DNA from: Nitrospirota bacterium
GTDB lineage: Bacteria; Nitrospirota; UBA9217
Direction of reading: 5' to 3'
NCBI GenBank assembly: GCA_963751455.1
Contig: CAVVUN010000006.1
Span: 228,589 to 292,588, forward strand
DNA length: 64,000 nucleotides
How positions within the stretch are numbered: the first letter of the stretch is position 1; each line of letters opens with the position of its first letter. Shown here piece by piece: positions 32,157 to 42,301 of this stretch. Made by a program: the position numbers and the translations under genes. The notes beneath the pieces are model-generated. The model was not told the origin of the DNA, ran no database searches, and saw nothing but the letters and a program-made list of their open reading frames with translations.

Positions 32157-33611
32157 ATGTCGCAAGACTGTTTCATCGGCATCGATCAGGGCAGCAGCTC
32201 CACGAAGCTGCTCGTTATCAGTGCGGAAGGACAGGTGCTGTTCCAGACCAAACGGCTGCTGTCTTCCTTATTGCGGGACGGAGAACGAGTCGAGTACGAT
32301 GCCGCTGAAATCCTGGAAAGCGTGCAGGAAGTGCTTAAGGAAGCTGTTCAGTCCGTCTCTGCCTCCGGCTTTGTTCCCCATGCTGTGGGTTTGTCCTGCC
32401 AGAGGTCGACATGCCTGATATGGAATGAAACCACCGGAAAGCCTCTTTCACCCGTAATCAGCTGGCGGGACGTGCGCGGTTCAGACCTGGTACAGCAGCT
32501 ATCCATCGACCCGGAGCATATATTCCGGGCCACGGGGCTTCCGCTCACCCCCTATTATTCGGCATCCAAACTGCGATGGCTTAAAGACAATATTGCCGAT
32601 GCCGATAAAACCGGTACTGTTTTCGGCACACTCAGCGCTTTCCTTTCTCAAAACCTGACCAATAATAAACGAGCTTTCATAGATCATACCCAGGCCGCCC
32701 GCACCCAGCTCATGAATATTCAATCTCTTGCCTGGGACCCTGAATTGCTCGCTCGATTCGGCCTCACGGACATAAATCTGCCCGGGATCGTACCGGTCAT
32801 CCATACATTCGGAGAAATAGCGACCACCAGCGGCGCTGTTCCGCTCTCTGCCTGCATCGGAGACCAGCAGGCGGCCATGATCGGTCTCGGCGTTCTGGAG
32901 AAGGGCGACGGGGGCATCAACTACGGCACGGGCGGGTTCCTTATGGTGAACACGGGCACATCACTTTTGCCGGCGAAAGGACTTATGGCTTCGGTCTACT
33001 ATTCCAAAGAAGACGCCCGTTACTATCTTCTGGAGGGAAGCGTAAATGCTGCCGGAGATTCGCTCGAATGGCTCAGAAACAATATTGGATTATTCCGTGA
33101 TTATGCGGATGTAGACGATTTTTGCTGGCAGGCGGCAACAGATGTTATCGCCTTTATCGGTTTGAACGGCACCGGTGCGCCTCACTGGGAGCACGACATT
33201 TCCAGCTCGATTCATGGAATGACGCCGCAAACAACCGCAGCAGACATCGTCCGCGCGACCGTGGAAAACATTGCCTTCCTGATGAAGGATATTGCCGAGG
33301 AGATAAGGCGCGTGGGACTTGAACCCGGGGGGTTCGCAGTCTCCGGAGGGCTTTCATCACTCAGTTACCTCGTGCAGGTCCAGGCGGATATGCTCGGGAA
33401 AGAACTGTGTGTCAGCAGCCAGCAGGAAGTTTCCGCCCTTGGCGCTGCTCTCCTCGCCGGCATGGCTCATGGAACATGGACACCGGCAGTCATAAAGAAA
33501 ATGGTCACAACGGGCGAGATCGTCACACCCCGTCAGAATGCGGGAGCTTCAAAACGATACCATCGCTGGAAGGAGCTCCACCGGATTACCAGGGAGCTCG
33601 ATAAGCTGTAA
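32157..33611 (+). CDS. FGGY-family carbohydrate kinase (glycerol kinase-like)
   Basis: IGIDQGSSSTK, CQRST, SWRD.R, IGDQQAA, NYGTGGF; GGAGG RBS before MSQD. Confidence 0.88.
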   Translation: MSQDCFIGIDQGSSSTKLLVISAEGQVLFQTKRLLSSLLRDGERVEYDAAEILESVQEVLKEAVQSVSASGFVPHAVGLSCQRSTCLIWNETTGKPLSPVISWRDVRGSDLVQQLSIDPEHIFRATGLPLTPYYSASKLRWLKDNIADADKTGTVFGTLSAFLSQNLTNNKRAFIDHTQAARTQLMNIQSLAWDPELLARFGLTDINLPGIVPVIHTFGEIATTSGAVPLSACIGDQQAAMIGLGVLEKGDGGINYGTGGFLMVNTGTSLLPAKGLMASVYYSKEDARYYLLEGSVNAAGDSLEWLRNNIGLFRDYADVDDFCWQAATDVIAFIGLNGTGAPHWEHDISSSIHGMTPQTTAADIVRATVENIAFLMKDIAEEIRRVGLEPGGFAVSGGLSSLSYLVQVQADMLGKELCVSSQQEVSALGAALLAGMAHGTWTPAVIKKMVTTGEIVTPRQNAGASKRYHRWKELHRITRELDKL

Positions 33612-33769
33612 TCCGATCATTTTTTCAGCAACTGCCGGTCTGGACACGGGAGGCCGTATTGGATATACTGAGTGGAGGCTTCTTTCCCCGGTCTATGTAA
33701 CCACAGGCGCCTGCGGCGCACACGGATAAACACAGATAAAATATGTAGTTGAGGCAAAGTTCCCTTCAT

Positions 33770-33933
33770 CCTGAAAAGAGCTTTTGGACACGGATAAAAT
33801 CTGATTAACACGTATTTACAAAGATATACAACTCTTTCATAATTCTCCAAAAGTGCGAGATGTTATTTTGTTCTATCGCACTGTTTTTATCCGTTATTTC
33901 CGTGTTCATCCGTGTCCAAATGCCGTTTTTAGG
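33770..33933. mobile_element. MITE with IS1380-like ends
   Basis: Exact TTCAT direct repeats at 33765-33769 and 33934-33938; homologous to 13496-13659; nested in a CACGGAT-type repeat. Confidence 0.8.
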
Positions 33934-34023
33934 TTCATTCGCGCTAAAGCACTTATAAGCGCGGGTACAAGTCCGAAACCCGTGTTTATCTGTGGTTAGA
34001 GCCCATCATAAGGAAAGCGCCCG

Positions 34024-34617
34024 ATGTTCGATGATTTCTTAAAGCCGTTTCTGATGAGTTTCATCCCTATCATGGTGGCCATGGATGCACCGGGGATACT
34101 TCCGATCTTTATCTCCATAACGGAAGGGATCGATTCGCAGGAACGGAAAAGGATCCTGCGTCAATCGCTTCTTACGGCCCTGCTCATTACCATCGGCTTC
34201 ACGTTCCTGGGCGCGTTCGTGTTCAATGCGCTCGTCATACGGGTAGAGGACTTCATGATCGCCGGCGGCATTATCCTGCTCATTATCGCCGTCAGCGATA
34301 TCGTGCTCGCCGGCGCAAGACAATATACCATCAGCCCAACCTTCGGCATTGTTCCCCTCGGCACCCCGCTCATAGCAGGCCCCGCCACCCTTACTACAAC
34401 GCTGGCGCTCGTCAGCACCTATGGGTACTTCCCCGTGCTGCTCTCTCTTGCGGCAAACATTCTGGTGGCCTGGGTAATTCTTGCACAGTCCGACCGCATA
34501 ATCAGGCTTATCGGCATCAACGGCGCGCTTGCCATCGCAAAAGTCGCGGCCCTTCTGCTTGCGGCTATCGCGGTAAAAATGATCAGGACAGGGATTTTTG
34601 CGATTCTTAATGGTTGA
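34024..34617 (+). CDS. MarC-family membrane protein
   Basis: About six hydrophobic segments; FMIAGGIIL, VPLGTPLIAGPA. Confidence 0.9.
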   Translation: MFDDFLKPFLMSFIPIMVAMDAPGILPIFISITEGIDSQERKRILRQSLLTALLITIGFTFLGAFVFNALVIRVEDFMIAGGIILLIIAVSDIVLAGARQYTISPTFGIVPLGTPLIAGPATLTTTLALVSTYGYFPVLLSLAANILVAWVILAQSDRIIRLIGINGALAIAKVAALLLAAIAVKMIRTGIFAILNG

Positions 34618-34978
34618 TCTGTTTTATGCCCGCTTTGGATTTCTTTGCTTTTCCAGAAGCCCCTGCATCCCGTGAACAGCGACCGCGCTTTACATGACCG
34701 GCATGAGAGTCGGCGAACCACGAATCGTGCCTGCGCGTGCGTAGTGCAACGAAGCTCAGCGCAATGGGTGGCTGAGAGGTCAGCTGGAATTGAAGACACT
34801 TTGGCATGTTTGCGCGGCGATGTGAACGGCGGTGCAGAAAAAGATAAAGATCTCGAACCTCCTGGCATGAAGTACATGATCCTTTGTTTTTTTGGGTAAG
34901 CTCGGATAAACAAAATGCGGATTGGGACTGCGGCCGCTTTTCTTGAGAATTGGCTATTCAAATAAGTCAGAGCTACGT

Positions 34979-36088
34979 TTATTTTTTTCCCTTAATATAT
35001 CCCGTAACCATCAAATCACCATCGACAGTTTTTACGGAAACGTCCTTAAGTCTGCATGCATCGCACAGCTTCAGAGGAGATATTCCGCCGATAGAGCAGA
35101 GCGAATCAGTTCCGGCCATCAGCATCGGCGCCAGAAACATCACTACTTTGTCCACGATGCCCGCCTTCAGCGCCGAGGCATTTATCTCTGACCCGCCTTC
35201 GATCAGGACGCTCATGATGCCGATCTTCCCGAGCTTCTTCATAAGGTCCCGCAGGTCCACCCGGCCCCCATTACTTTTAACTTCGATTACTTCCGCCTTC
35301 AGTTGCCGGATCCTTTCGACCTTGCTCCTCGCCGCGCCCGCTACAGTTGCGATGATCGTTTTTGCCCCGGATTTCTGGGTTAGGACTTTTGCGTTGAGAG
35401 GAATGCGCAAGCTGCTGTCCACAACCACCCGAATCGGGTCCCTGCCGCCGGGAATACGGGTCGTCAGTGCAGGGTCGTCGTTTAATATCGTATTTATGCC
35501 CACAAGAATTGCATCATTGATATCGCGGAGTTTATGACCCTCATGCCGCGCTTTATCCCCGGTAATCCATTTAGATTCGCCGGACGAGGTCGCAATCTTC
35601 CCGTCGAGCGTCTGCGCTATTTTGAGCGTAACAAATGGTCTTCCCGTCGTAACGTGCTTTATGAAAGCCTCGTTCAGTTTTCTTGCCTCGTCCTCAAGTA
35701 CGCCGGTCCTGACTTCAAGCCCCGCTTTCCGGAGCAGCTGAATCCCCTCCCCGGAAACATTGGGGTTCGGATCGATCATTGCCACGACGACCCGTTTTAC
35801 CCCGCTCGAAACAATGAGTGGGCTGCACGGCGGGGTTCGCTTGTTCGTGTGCGAGCACGGCTCGAGCGTTACATAAAGCGTGGACCCTTTGGCGGCCTTG
35901 CCCGCCTTCGCAAGCGCAAGCGCCTCAGCATGGGGCTCGCCGGCCCGCTTATGATACCCGCTGCTTATGACGTTGCCGTTTTTCACAACAACAGCGCCGA
36001 CCATCGGGTTCGGACTCGTCCGTCCACTGGCCTTCTCAGCCAGGCGCAGTGCCATGCGCATGTATTTTTGGTCAAGGGATTGCTTCAT
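34979..36088 (-). CDS. ribD: Bifunctional riboflavin deaminase/reductase
   Basis: TSPNPMVG, HAE, TLEPCSH...TPPC, LDGKIA, VLIEGG. Confidence 0.97.
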   Translation of the reverse strand: MKQSLDQKYMRMALRLAEKASGRTSPNPMVGAVVVKNGNVISSGYHKRAGEPHAEALALAKAGKAAKGSTLYVTLEPCSHTNKRTPPCSPLIVSSGVKRVVVAMIDPNPNVSGEGIQLLRKAGLEVRTGVLEDEARKLNEAFIKHVTTGRPFVTLKIAQTLDGKIATSSGESKWITGDKARHEGHKLRDINDAILVGINTILNDDPALTTRIPGGRDPIRVVVDSSLRIPLNAKVLTQKSGAKTIIATVAGAARSKVERIRQLKAEVIEVKSNGGRVDLRDLMKKLGKIGIMSVLIEGGSEINASALKAGIVDKVVMFLAPMLMAGTDSLCSIGGISPLKLCDACRLKDVSVKTVDGDLMVTGYIKGKK

Positions 36089-36158
36089 AGTGAAGTTCTC
36101 AGCAGTCCCGCCTCAAGGGACAGGGAATACTCTCAGTCCGGAAGTAACTCAGCCAAAA

Positions 36159-36488
36159 CTAATCAACGAGCATTTCCTGAAGCACTGCCTTGACATCAAG
36201 CACTGTATTCTGATCAAGGCGGCCGAGTTTTTTGATCAATCGTTTTTTGTCGATCGTACGGATTTGGTCCAGCACAATCCATCCATCTTTGCCTTTGAAT
36301 CGAAACGAAACCCTGGTTGGGTAAGCGTGCCCCTGAGATGTCATGGGAGCGATAATAACAGTTTCGATGTGCTTATTCATTTCGTCGGGAGAGACCACAA
36401 CGCAAGGACGGACTTTCTTGATTTCATGACCTATGGTGGGATCGAGATTGACAAGGTGAATTTCGTACTGTTTGATCACCACTCCCAC
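36159..36488 (-). CDS. PemK/MazF toxin
   Basis: NLDPTIGHEIKKVRPCVVVSP, DQIRTIDKKRL. Confidence 0.93.
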   Translation of the reverse strand: MGVVIKQYEIHLVNLDPTIGHEIKKVRPCVVVSPDEMNKHIETVIIAPMTSQGHAYPTRVSFRFKGKDGWIVLDQIRTIDKKRLIKKLGRLDQNTVLDVKAVLQEMLVD

Positions 36489-36724
36489 TCCTTCATATCG
36501 AGATCCATATTATCGGAGATGAGAAGATTGTCTTCCTTGAGTTTCTTCATCTGCTTGAAGGACCCTTCCCAATCTTTGCGAGGCTCCTGTTTAGCAGGTT
36601 TTATGACGATCGCACCTTTCTCCACTTCCATGATCGCTTCCTTTTCAATATGACACTGCTCAAGAACAGCCTTGGGAATTCTGACGCCCTTTGAGTTTCC
36701 TATGGGAATTATCATCGTTTTCAT
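36476..36724 (-). CDS. AbrB/MazE antitoxin
   Basis: IGNSKGVRIPK; overlaps the toxin start. Confidence 0.92.
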   Translation of the reverse strand: MKTMIIPIGNSKGVRIPKAVLEQCHIEKEAIMEVEKGAIVIKPAKQEPRKDWEGSFKQMKKLKEDNLLISDNMDLDMKEWEW

Positions 36725-36725
36725 A

Positions 36726-36759
36726 GTGTAATTATAATGTAATTACACCGGGCAGTCAA
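36726..36759 (-). promoter_or_regulatory. Promoter and operator of the mazEF-like operon
   Basis: TTGACT-N17-TATAAT; palindrome GTGTAATTA-N5-TAATTACAC. Confidence 0.75.
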
Positions 36760-36797
36760 GACGTTTCCCGTCTCCGGCAGGCCATATTGTGCATGGG

Positions 36798-37187
36798 CTA
36801 TGCTTTTGATTTTACCGCATGCTGTTCCAGCCACTTTATTGCATCCTCCACCGATATTTTTTTCAATGCCATATCCAAGGCAAAGTGCACAATCTCCTGC
36901 TGTTCAGACATTAGCCGGAATCCGTTGCGTCGGCAAAATAATGAAGCTGAAGCAATGGCCGTTCTTTTATTCCCGTCAATGAAAGGATGGTTGTTGATGA
37001 GAGATTGCATCAGGGCAGCGGCCTTGGACCAGACGTTGGGATAGAGATCATGTCCGTCAAAGGTCGCCTGCGGACGACCGACCGCTGATTTCAGGAGACC
37101 TATATCCCTGACTCCATGCGCCCCGCCCGACTCATCAATGATCCTTGCATGGAGAAAGAGAACCTGCTCGGCGATAAGATATCTCAC
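36798..37187 (-). CDS. Doc/Fic-family toxin
   Basis: GVRDIGLLKSAVGRP, HPFIDGNKRTA. Confidence 0.93.
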   Translation of the reverse strand: MRYLIAEQVLFLHARIIDESGGAHGVRDIGLLKSAVGRPQATFDGHDLYPNVWSKAAALMQSLINNHPFIDGNKRTAIASASLFCRRNGFRLMSEQQEIVHFALDMALKKISVEDAIKWLEQHAVKSKA

Positions 37188-37432
37188 TTCCTGGCAAGTT
37201 CCTTGAGGGCTGGACGGTATTGTTCTATGAATTCGTTCACCTGTGCAACGAATTCCCGGTCAATGCCTTTTGCGTATTTCTTTTTCCGGACCGGCTCAAT
37301 CATGATCCGATCATGTTTTTCGTCAAGGACAACATCGACCTCGGATCCGACTGCGAGATCAAGCTTGCTGAGATACTCTGCGGGAATTGAGACGCCCCGG
37401 CTGTTTCCTACAGCGAATACTTTTCTGTGCAT
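37184..37432 (-). CDS. AbrB-family antitoxin
   Basis: RKVFAVGNSRGVSIP, C-terminal YRPALKELA; operator ATGTTATAA-N5-TTATAACAT at 37443-37465. Confidence 0.88.
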   Translation of the reverse strand: MHRKVFAVGNSRGVSIPAEYLSKLDLAVGSEVDVVLDEKHDRIMIEPVRKKKYAKGIDREFVAQVNEFIEQYRPALKELARK

Positions 37433-37589
37433 ACAACCCCCCATGTTATAACCGAATTATAACATATGCTTTATGGTTGTAAAGATAATTTTGAAGCGAA
37501 AGGAGAAGCCTTTTGACGTTTATAGGAAAACAGGAATGTTCGTCTCTGCTGTTATAGCCGGCATAGCCTGGGAGGTAGCGCGATTGCCC

Positions 37590-38006
37590 CTATTTCCGAA
37601 CAGTATCTTTCAAGTACATCCGGACTTTCGCCGCGATCTGACGATCGGACATCTTGTCAGCTGTTTCAACACAGGCTATGCGGCTGCTCAGCCCGGAATT
37701 CCCGATTCGTTTTGCCAGCTCGCCCTTTGCCTCGCCGGGACCGAAGATCAGGATCAATTCAGCGTCACGAAGCTGCGAAAGTACCTCATCGTAATATTTA
37801 TCGAGATGTCCCGTAAGGTCTCTCTGCTGCGAATCATCCGCCGGAACCAGCTGGGCAGGATAGGAAGTCGTTGAGCGTTCCCCCTCAAAACGGCCGAGTT
37901 GTTTTTCCACATGGGAAATTATCTCTTTTACTTCCTCCCCTTTGTCCGTAACAGCCACGATAACAGCCTTCCTGTGGTCGATCCACAAACCCTTTATCGT
38001 TTTCAT
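37590..38006 (-). CDS. Small eRF1 domain-2-like (host-attachment/baeRF-type) protein
   Basis: GLWIDHRKAVIV, ILIFGPGEAKGEL, ETADKMSDRQIAAKVR. Confidence 0.7.
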   Translation of the reverse strand: MKTIKGLWIDHRKAVIVAVTDKGEEVKEIISHVEKQLGRFEGERSTTSYPAQLVPADDSQQRDLTGHLDKYYDEVLSQLRDAELILIFGPGEAKGELAKRIGNSGLSSRIACVETADKMSDRQIAAKVRMYLKDTVRK

Positions 38007-38119
38007 TGAATTCTCCCTGGGAAATAATTCTCTCCCGCTCTTCACTTTAATTATACTACGAGGAGTTCGAGGAGAGGAGGAAGGTCTTCGCGTATTAAGG
38101 GACCGCAAGATGTTCCTTT

Positions 38120-38425
38120 TTATTCTATATGTGCTTTTGCCGTTTGGAGAGCAATATCTTTATCCCTGGTAAACAGTTTCCACTTCATGTTTGATGAATG
38201 AATACCTGCTTTCTTGTCTTGGCCTCTACAGTAATACCAGTGTCCAAAACGTTCGACCGTAGAAAAGGGATGATTGCCTGTACAGAGAAGCCCGCAAGGT
38301 TTGATCTCTTTGAATAAAATAGTTTCCTCCGGGACTTCATCATAAGACATATCTGCCGGCAATACGATTTGAGATACGTCCACGTTCTCTGCTTCCTTTT
38401 CATCCAGCCAGTCTGATATTTTCAT
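38120..38425 (-). CDS. Hypothetical protein
   Basis: AAGGAG RBS, protein-like composition, several Cys/His residues. Confidence 0.6.
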   Translation of the reverse strand: MKISDWLDEKEAENVDVSQIVLPADMSYDEVPEETILFKEIKPCGLLCTGNHPFSTVERFGHWYYCRGQDKKAGIHSSNMKWKLFTRDKDIALQTAKAHIE

Positions 38426-38701
38426 TTGATTTTTATCTCCTTCAGAAGTCTCACGCGCGCGTGATCAATGCAACCCCCGATATGACCATAATAACGTCCC
38501 TTGGATGTTCCCATCGGCAAGTCCGTATTTTACCAGCCAACAGACACCAGGATCGTCATTCCGGCGAAAGCCGGAATCCAGTTCTTTTCTTTGCTTTCTG
38601 GATGCCCCCGTTCAGGTACGGGGCAGGCTCCTCAAGTCCGGCATGACGGCATAAGAGCATTAATACAGCTCTTATTAACGCGGCTTGAAGATGCAGATGG
38701 T

Positions 38702-39982
38702 TTATTCCGCCGGCGGCGATACGATCGTTTCCCGCGGATGCTCCTGAAAAAAACGCGTCATCTCTCGCGAGGCGTCCGGACCGGCGGGGTCGGTGTACGA
38801 GCCGTTGCCGTTCCCGCCCGACCAGCCATGGCCGGCGCCGTGGATGGTCCACTGCTCCGCAACGACCTGCCCGCGGGCGTCGCGGTAGATCTCGCAGGTG
38901 TAGGCCCGCCCGCCCGCCACCCGCCCCTGACGCATCGTTACCGACGGAGCTGCCCTATCCGTGGCGACCGGCTTACCGGCGACCCACTGTCGCAGCAGGT
39001 CATCCGCGTTGGCCGGGTGGACGGTCGCATCCTGGTCCCCATGGAAGAGGATCAGCGGGACGGTGCGGCCGACGCCCATCTGCCCCGACTGCCCTCCCTG
39101 TCGCATGGCCGCAAACGCCGACGGCAGGTCGTGGGCGGAGCCGGCGGCGAGGCCGGAATGCACACCCACGGCCACATAGAGGTCGGGGTAGGTCGCCGCC
39201 ATGATCGCCGCCATCGCTCCTCCCGCCGACAGACCCGCCACGTATACGCGGCGCGCATCGACCTGGTACTCGGCCATGACCTGACGAGTAATGCCGGCGA
39301 TGAGCGAAGGCTCGCCCTGGTCCCGCTGCTGGTGGGCGGCCTGGAACCAGTTCCAGCACTTGGAGATATTGGCGCCGGCAGCTTGCGCGGGATAGGCGAC
39401 GAGAAAACCATTCTCCTCCGCCAGAAAATTCATGCGGGTGCCGACGGCGAAATCGTCGGGGTCCTGGGTACAACCGTGCAGCATCACGACCAGCGGCATG
39501 GCCTGCCCGTGATACTCGCTGGGGATATAGAGTTTGTAGGCGCGAGTGCCGGCCGCGTTGGTATAAGTCGCCGCGATCCACTGGCCCTCCGCCGGGGCCG
39601 GCGGCGAGATTGGTCTGCCGGGACGTTTCAAGGGCATACCCGGCAACGGCCTGCCGCTCAGTGGCATACCGGGCAGTGTCATACCGGGCAGTGGACGAAT
39701 AATTGCGCGACGGGCCGTCGTCGCTGCGTCGATGGGCCGCTCTGCGCCGCGTCGGGCGTACATCCTCCGCATCGGTTGGCGCGCCCGCGTCAGTGTCGGG
39801 TGCCTCTACCGGCTCGACAGTGAGTCGGAATCTCTCTTCGATCGGCTCCGTGTTCGGAGGAACGGCTGGGCGTGTGCCCCAGCCCTAAAGTGCTGTTGGA
39901 TAAGGAGGGTCGCTTCGTTCAATCGACCCTCGCGCGTGAGGCGTGTCGCCTCGAACATTGCGTTGTACATCTTGTCGTTCAT
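38702..39982 (-). pseudogene. PHB depolymerase-family esterase with disrupted N-terminal linker
   Basis: Catalytic domain intact (MLHGCTQ, CWNWF, GLSAGG, FHGDQD, GHGWSGG). The family N-terminus (EATRLTREGRLNEAT) starts at 39982 in the same frame but hits TAG at 39806-39808. Confidence 0.75.
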
Positions 39983-40038
39983 TGGTCTATCTCCATTTGT
40001 TGCTCCGCCGGCACTTCTGCCGCGGAAAACTTGTCTGT

Positions 40039-40428
40039 CTATTTGATTCGCCCCGCCAATGCCCGCTTGACCGCGTCACTGGCCCGAAAGGCCCCGAGCA
40101 CGACAACGGTGTCAATCGTTGCCAGGGCCAGTTCGGGTGAGACATCCTCAGCGATGCTCGCCAAGCCAAGCACGTTGATCTGCACCCGCTGACCGGCGGC
40201 ACGTATCGCCTCCAGGTCCTGACGGGTGTAGTGCTGCAGGCCAAGGACCAGCGTCTTGCGGGCAACAGTCTGCTTGACGGTCTCGGCGTGGGTGGCCAGT
40301 TGGTTGCGGATTGCCGTGCGGATGAAGTCGGTGCGGTTGGAATAGAAGCCCTCCGCCACCAGCAGATCGATCTGCCCGAGATCAACAGGGCCCAGATTAA
40401 GGGTAATTTTCTCGGTTTCGGCTGCCAT
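40039..40428 (-). CDS. CopG/RHH-family regulator
   Basis: EKITLNLGPVDLGQIDLLVAEGFYSNRTDFIRTAIRNQL; family typically paired with this esterase. Confidence 0.88.
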   Translation of the reverse strand: MAAETEKITLNLGPVDLGQIDLLVAEGFYSNRTDFIRTAIRNQLATHAETVKQTVARKTLVLGLQHYTRQDLEAIRAAGQRVQINVLGLASIAEDVSPELALATIDTVVVLGAFRASDAVKRALAGRIK

Positions 40429-40593
40429 TTACCATCCTCCTTACATCCACATGCCATCCAAATACCATCCAACTAGATGGTAGAATTATATCCAAGGAAA
40501 CAGGTCAAGTCAAGGGCCGCGCAACAATGGATACTAAAGGCTGTCATTTGTGAGACGGATGAAGGATTATATATTAAGAAAGGGGATGATGAT

Positions 40594-40881
40594 ATGAACT
40601 ACAAGACGCACAGAAAAGAACTCCTCAAAGACAAGGCGGTCAAGGCAGAACATGAAAAGCTGCTGCCCGAGTACGAACTCGCAAAGAGCATCATTCAGCA
40701 ACGCTTAAAAAAGAAAATGACGCAGTCAGGCGTAGCTAAGAAGACCGGCATGCCGCAGCCCACCATTGCGAGGATCGAGGGGGTGACACACGGGCTTCCG
40801 AGACTTGCAACCCTGAAGAAAATAGCGAAGGCGCTGGATGCGGAATTGATAATTAAACTGCAGCCGAAAAAGATTGCATAG
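40594..40881 (+). CDS. XRE HTH protein (HigA-like orphan antitoxin)
   Basis: RLKKKMTQSGVAKKTGMPQPTIARIE; no toxin gene upstream. Confidence 0.82.
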   Translation: MNYKTHRKELLKDKAVKAEHEKLLPEYELAKSIIQQRLKKKMTQSGVAKKTGMPQPTIARIEGVTHGLPRLATLKKIAKALDAELIIKLQPKKIA

Positions 40882-41219
40882 TGAAGATGCCGGATCGCGT
40901 TCCCGGTTGCTGCTATTGACAATGACCTAAGCAACGCAACGGGTGCAACAACATCCCCGTCTTGGGTCCTTAAGATGTCCCCGGGGAAAGCACGCCGAGA
41001 ACCAACGTCCCCAAAGTCGTCGTCCCCAAAGTCGTCCCACAACAGTATGGACCTGACCCTGAGAGGTTCCCTGCTGAGCGAGACCTCTGCAAGTTGGGAG
41101 CATATCTGATCAATTCCTTATTTCCTTACCCCATTTGACCTCTAAACTTATTTGACAAAGCCCCGTGAATCGGGTAACTATGGGGGTAAAATAAATTAAT
41201 GAAAGGAGGACCGAAAATA

Positions 41220-41312
41220 ATGCCAAAACCTATCTATGAACTTACAGCAGTATCCGGGGTTAAACCACCCACTATGCCGGATGGAATTACTTGGTCAGTG
41301 GCCTTTGACTGA
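41220..41312 (+). CDS. 30-aa small ORF
   Basis: AAAGGAGG RBS, ATG, MPKPIYELTAVSGVKPPTMPDGITWSVAFD*, downstream terminator. Confidence 0.45.
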   Translation: MPKPIYELTAVSGVKPPTMPDGITWSVAFD

Positions 41313-41384
41313 GTGATGACCACGAGCGACCTACTGAAAACAATCAACTAGATTAGCATCGGTCCGAGCTCGATGGAAGAATCG

Positions 41385-41418
41385 ACGGGAGAGACAAGTT
41401 CTCTCCCGTTTTGATTTT
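41385..41418 (+). terminator. Intrinsic terminator
   Basis: Perfect 10-bp stem ACGGGAGAGA/TCTCTCCCGT followed by TTTGATTTT. Confidence 0.65.
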
Positions 41419-41646
41419 GGCTTTAAGCATGCTTTGCCAAGCTAGCCGGTATACAAGAGCAAGCAGGAGTCCCGTTCCATCCGAAGCACACAAGGAGGAC
41501 CAAGGAGGGGACGTTGTGTCTGAAATGGATTTACCTGCCAATCTCTACAAGTCACTCTGAGACACAACGCCCCTGTCAGCTCTTCTTGACAGGGGGACTA
41601 TAGGATGTCCCTTTTCGCTTCCGTGTGCTAACGCCTCCCGTAGTCC

Positions 41647-41856
41647 TTAACAACCCTTGTATTCGATCCAGTATCTTTTCGTTGGAGGAGATGTTTCGTA
41701 ATTCGGTTGTTCATATAAACGATAGGTTAATGGCTCGGTTAAATAAGAGCCAAAGACTTGTCGAAAACCTTGACTGTGCAATAGTGTAATTTGATGACTC
41801 CGAACATTATCATTCGCGCAATCAAGAGTCCCGTGGCCGTTTCGATAGTTATTCAT
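41647..41856 (-). CDS. 69-aa hypothetical protein directly after the CBASS E2 gene
   Basis: GGAGG RBS before the ATG; 13-bp gap after the E2 stop. Confidence 0.45.
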   Translation of the reverse strand: MNNYRNGHGTLDCANDNVRSHQITLLHSQGFRQVFGSYLTEPLTYRLYEQPNYETSPPTKRYWIEYKGC

Positions 41857-41869
41857 GAACCCTCCAAAA

Positions 41870-42301
41870 TTATCTGTCAGCGCTCTCTTTCACCGTGGGA
41901 TGAATGCCACCCGCACACCAACTTCCGGTTGCCAGCCATATTTCGTAATGAAGTAGCCATTCCGACATCCAGGGAACAATGGTCTGACTGAGAAGCATAT
42001 CACCTCGCCACTCACTTGCTCGTGGGTAGTAAAGGCAAAGCTTTTCCCCAGGATATGTATGCGGCAACCTTTGTCCTTTTGGAACATGAAGAACAGGATT
42101 TATTACGTTAATTTTAGGAGAATCACCCAGCCTATAAATGACACGCACTTTATATTTTTTGCTGAGAGGAGACGGCACAAGCTCAGCTACCCAGGTAAGA
42201 ACTCCTCTTTCAACATGAGCCTGAGATTCAGGAAAAAGTATCTTAAGATGGTGTGCCTGCACCAATGGATTAATTTTTTTGACGGGGATTTTATTTGCCA
42301 T
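41870..42301 (-). CDS. Prokaryotic E2 (ubiquitin-conjugating-like) protein of short type II CBASS
   Basis: LPHTY...LCLYYP...EW...IVPWMSEWLLHYEIWLATGSW.AGGIHP; overlaps the CD-NTase stop. Confidence 0.82.
   Translation of the reverse strand: MANKIPVKKINPLVQAHHLKILFPESQAHVERGVLTWVAELVPSPLSKKYKVRVIYRLGDSPKINVINPVLHVPKGQRLPHTYPGEKLCLYYPRASEWRGDMLLSQTIVPWMSEWLLHYEIWLATGSWCAGGIHPTVKESADR

Noticed and set aside
34419-34961. 180-aa minus-strand ORF between marC and ribD
   Set aside because: Overlaps marC antisense and is made of the repeat element shared with 12.6-13.4 kb.
39806-39808. In-frame TAG as pyrrolysine recoding
   Set aside because: It lies in a non-conserved linker, no pyl genes are seen, and compensating frameshifts explain it better.
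38501-39823. 440-aa plus-strand ORF
   Set aside because: Antisense to the GC-rich esterase, Arg-rich, and begins in a repeat.
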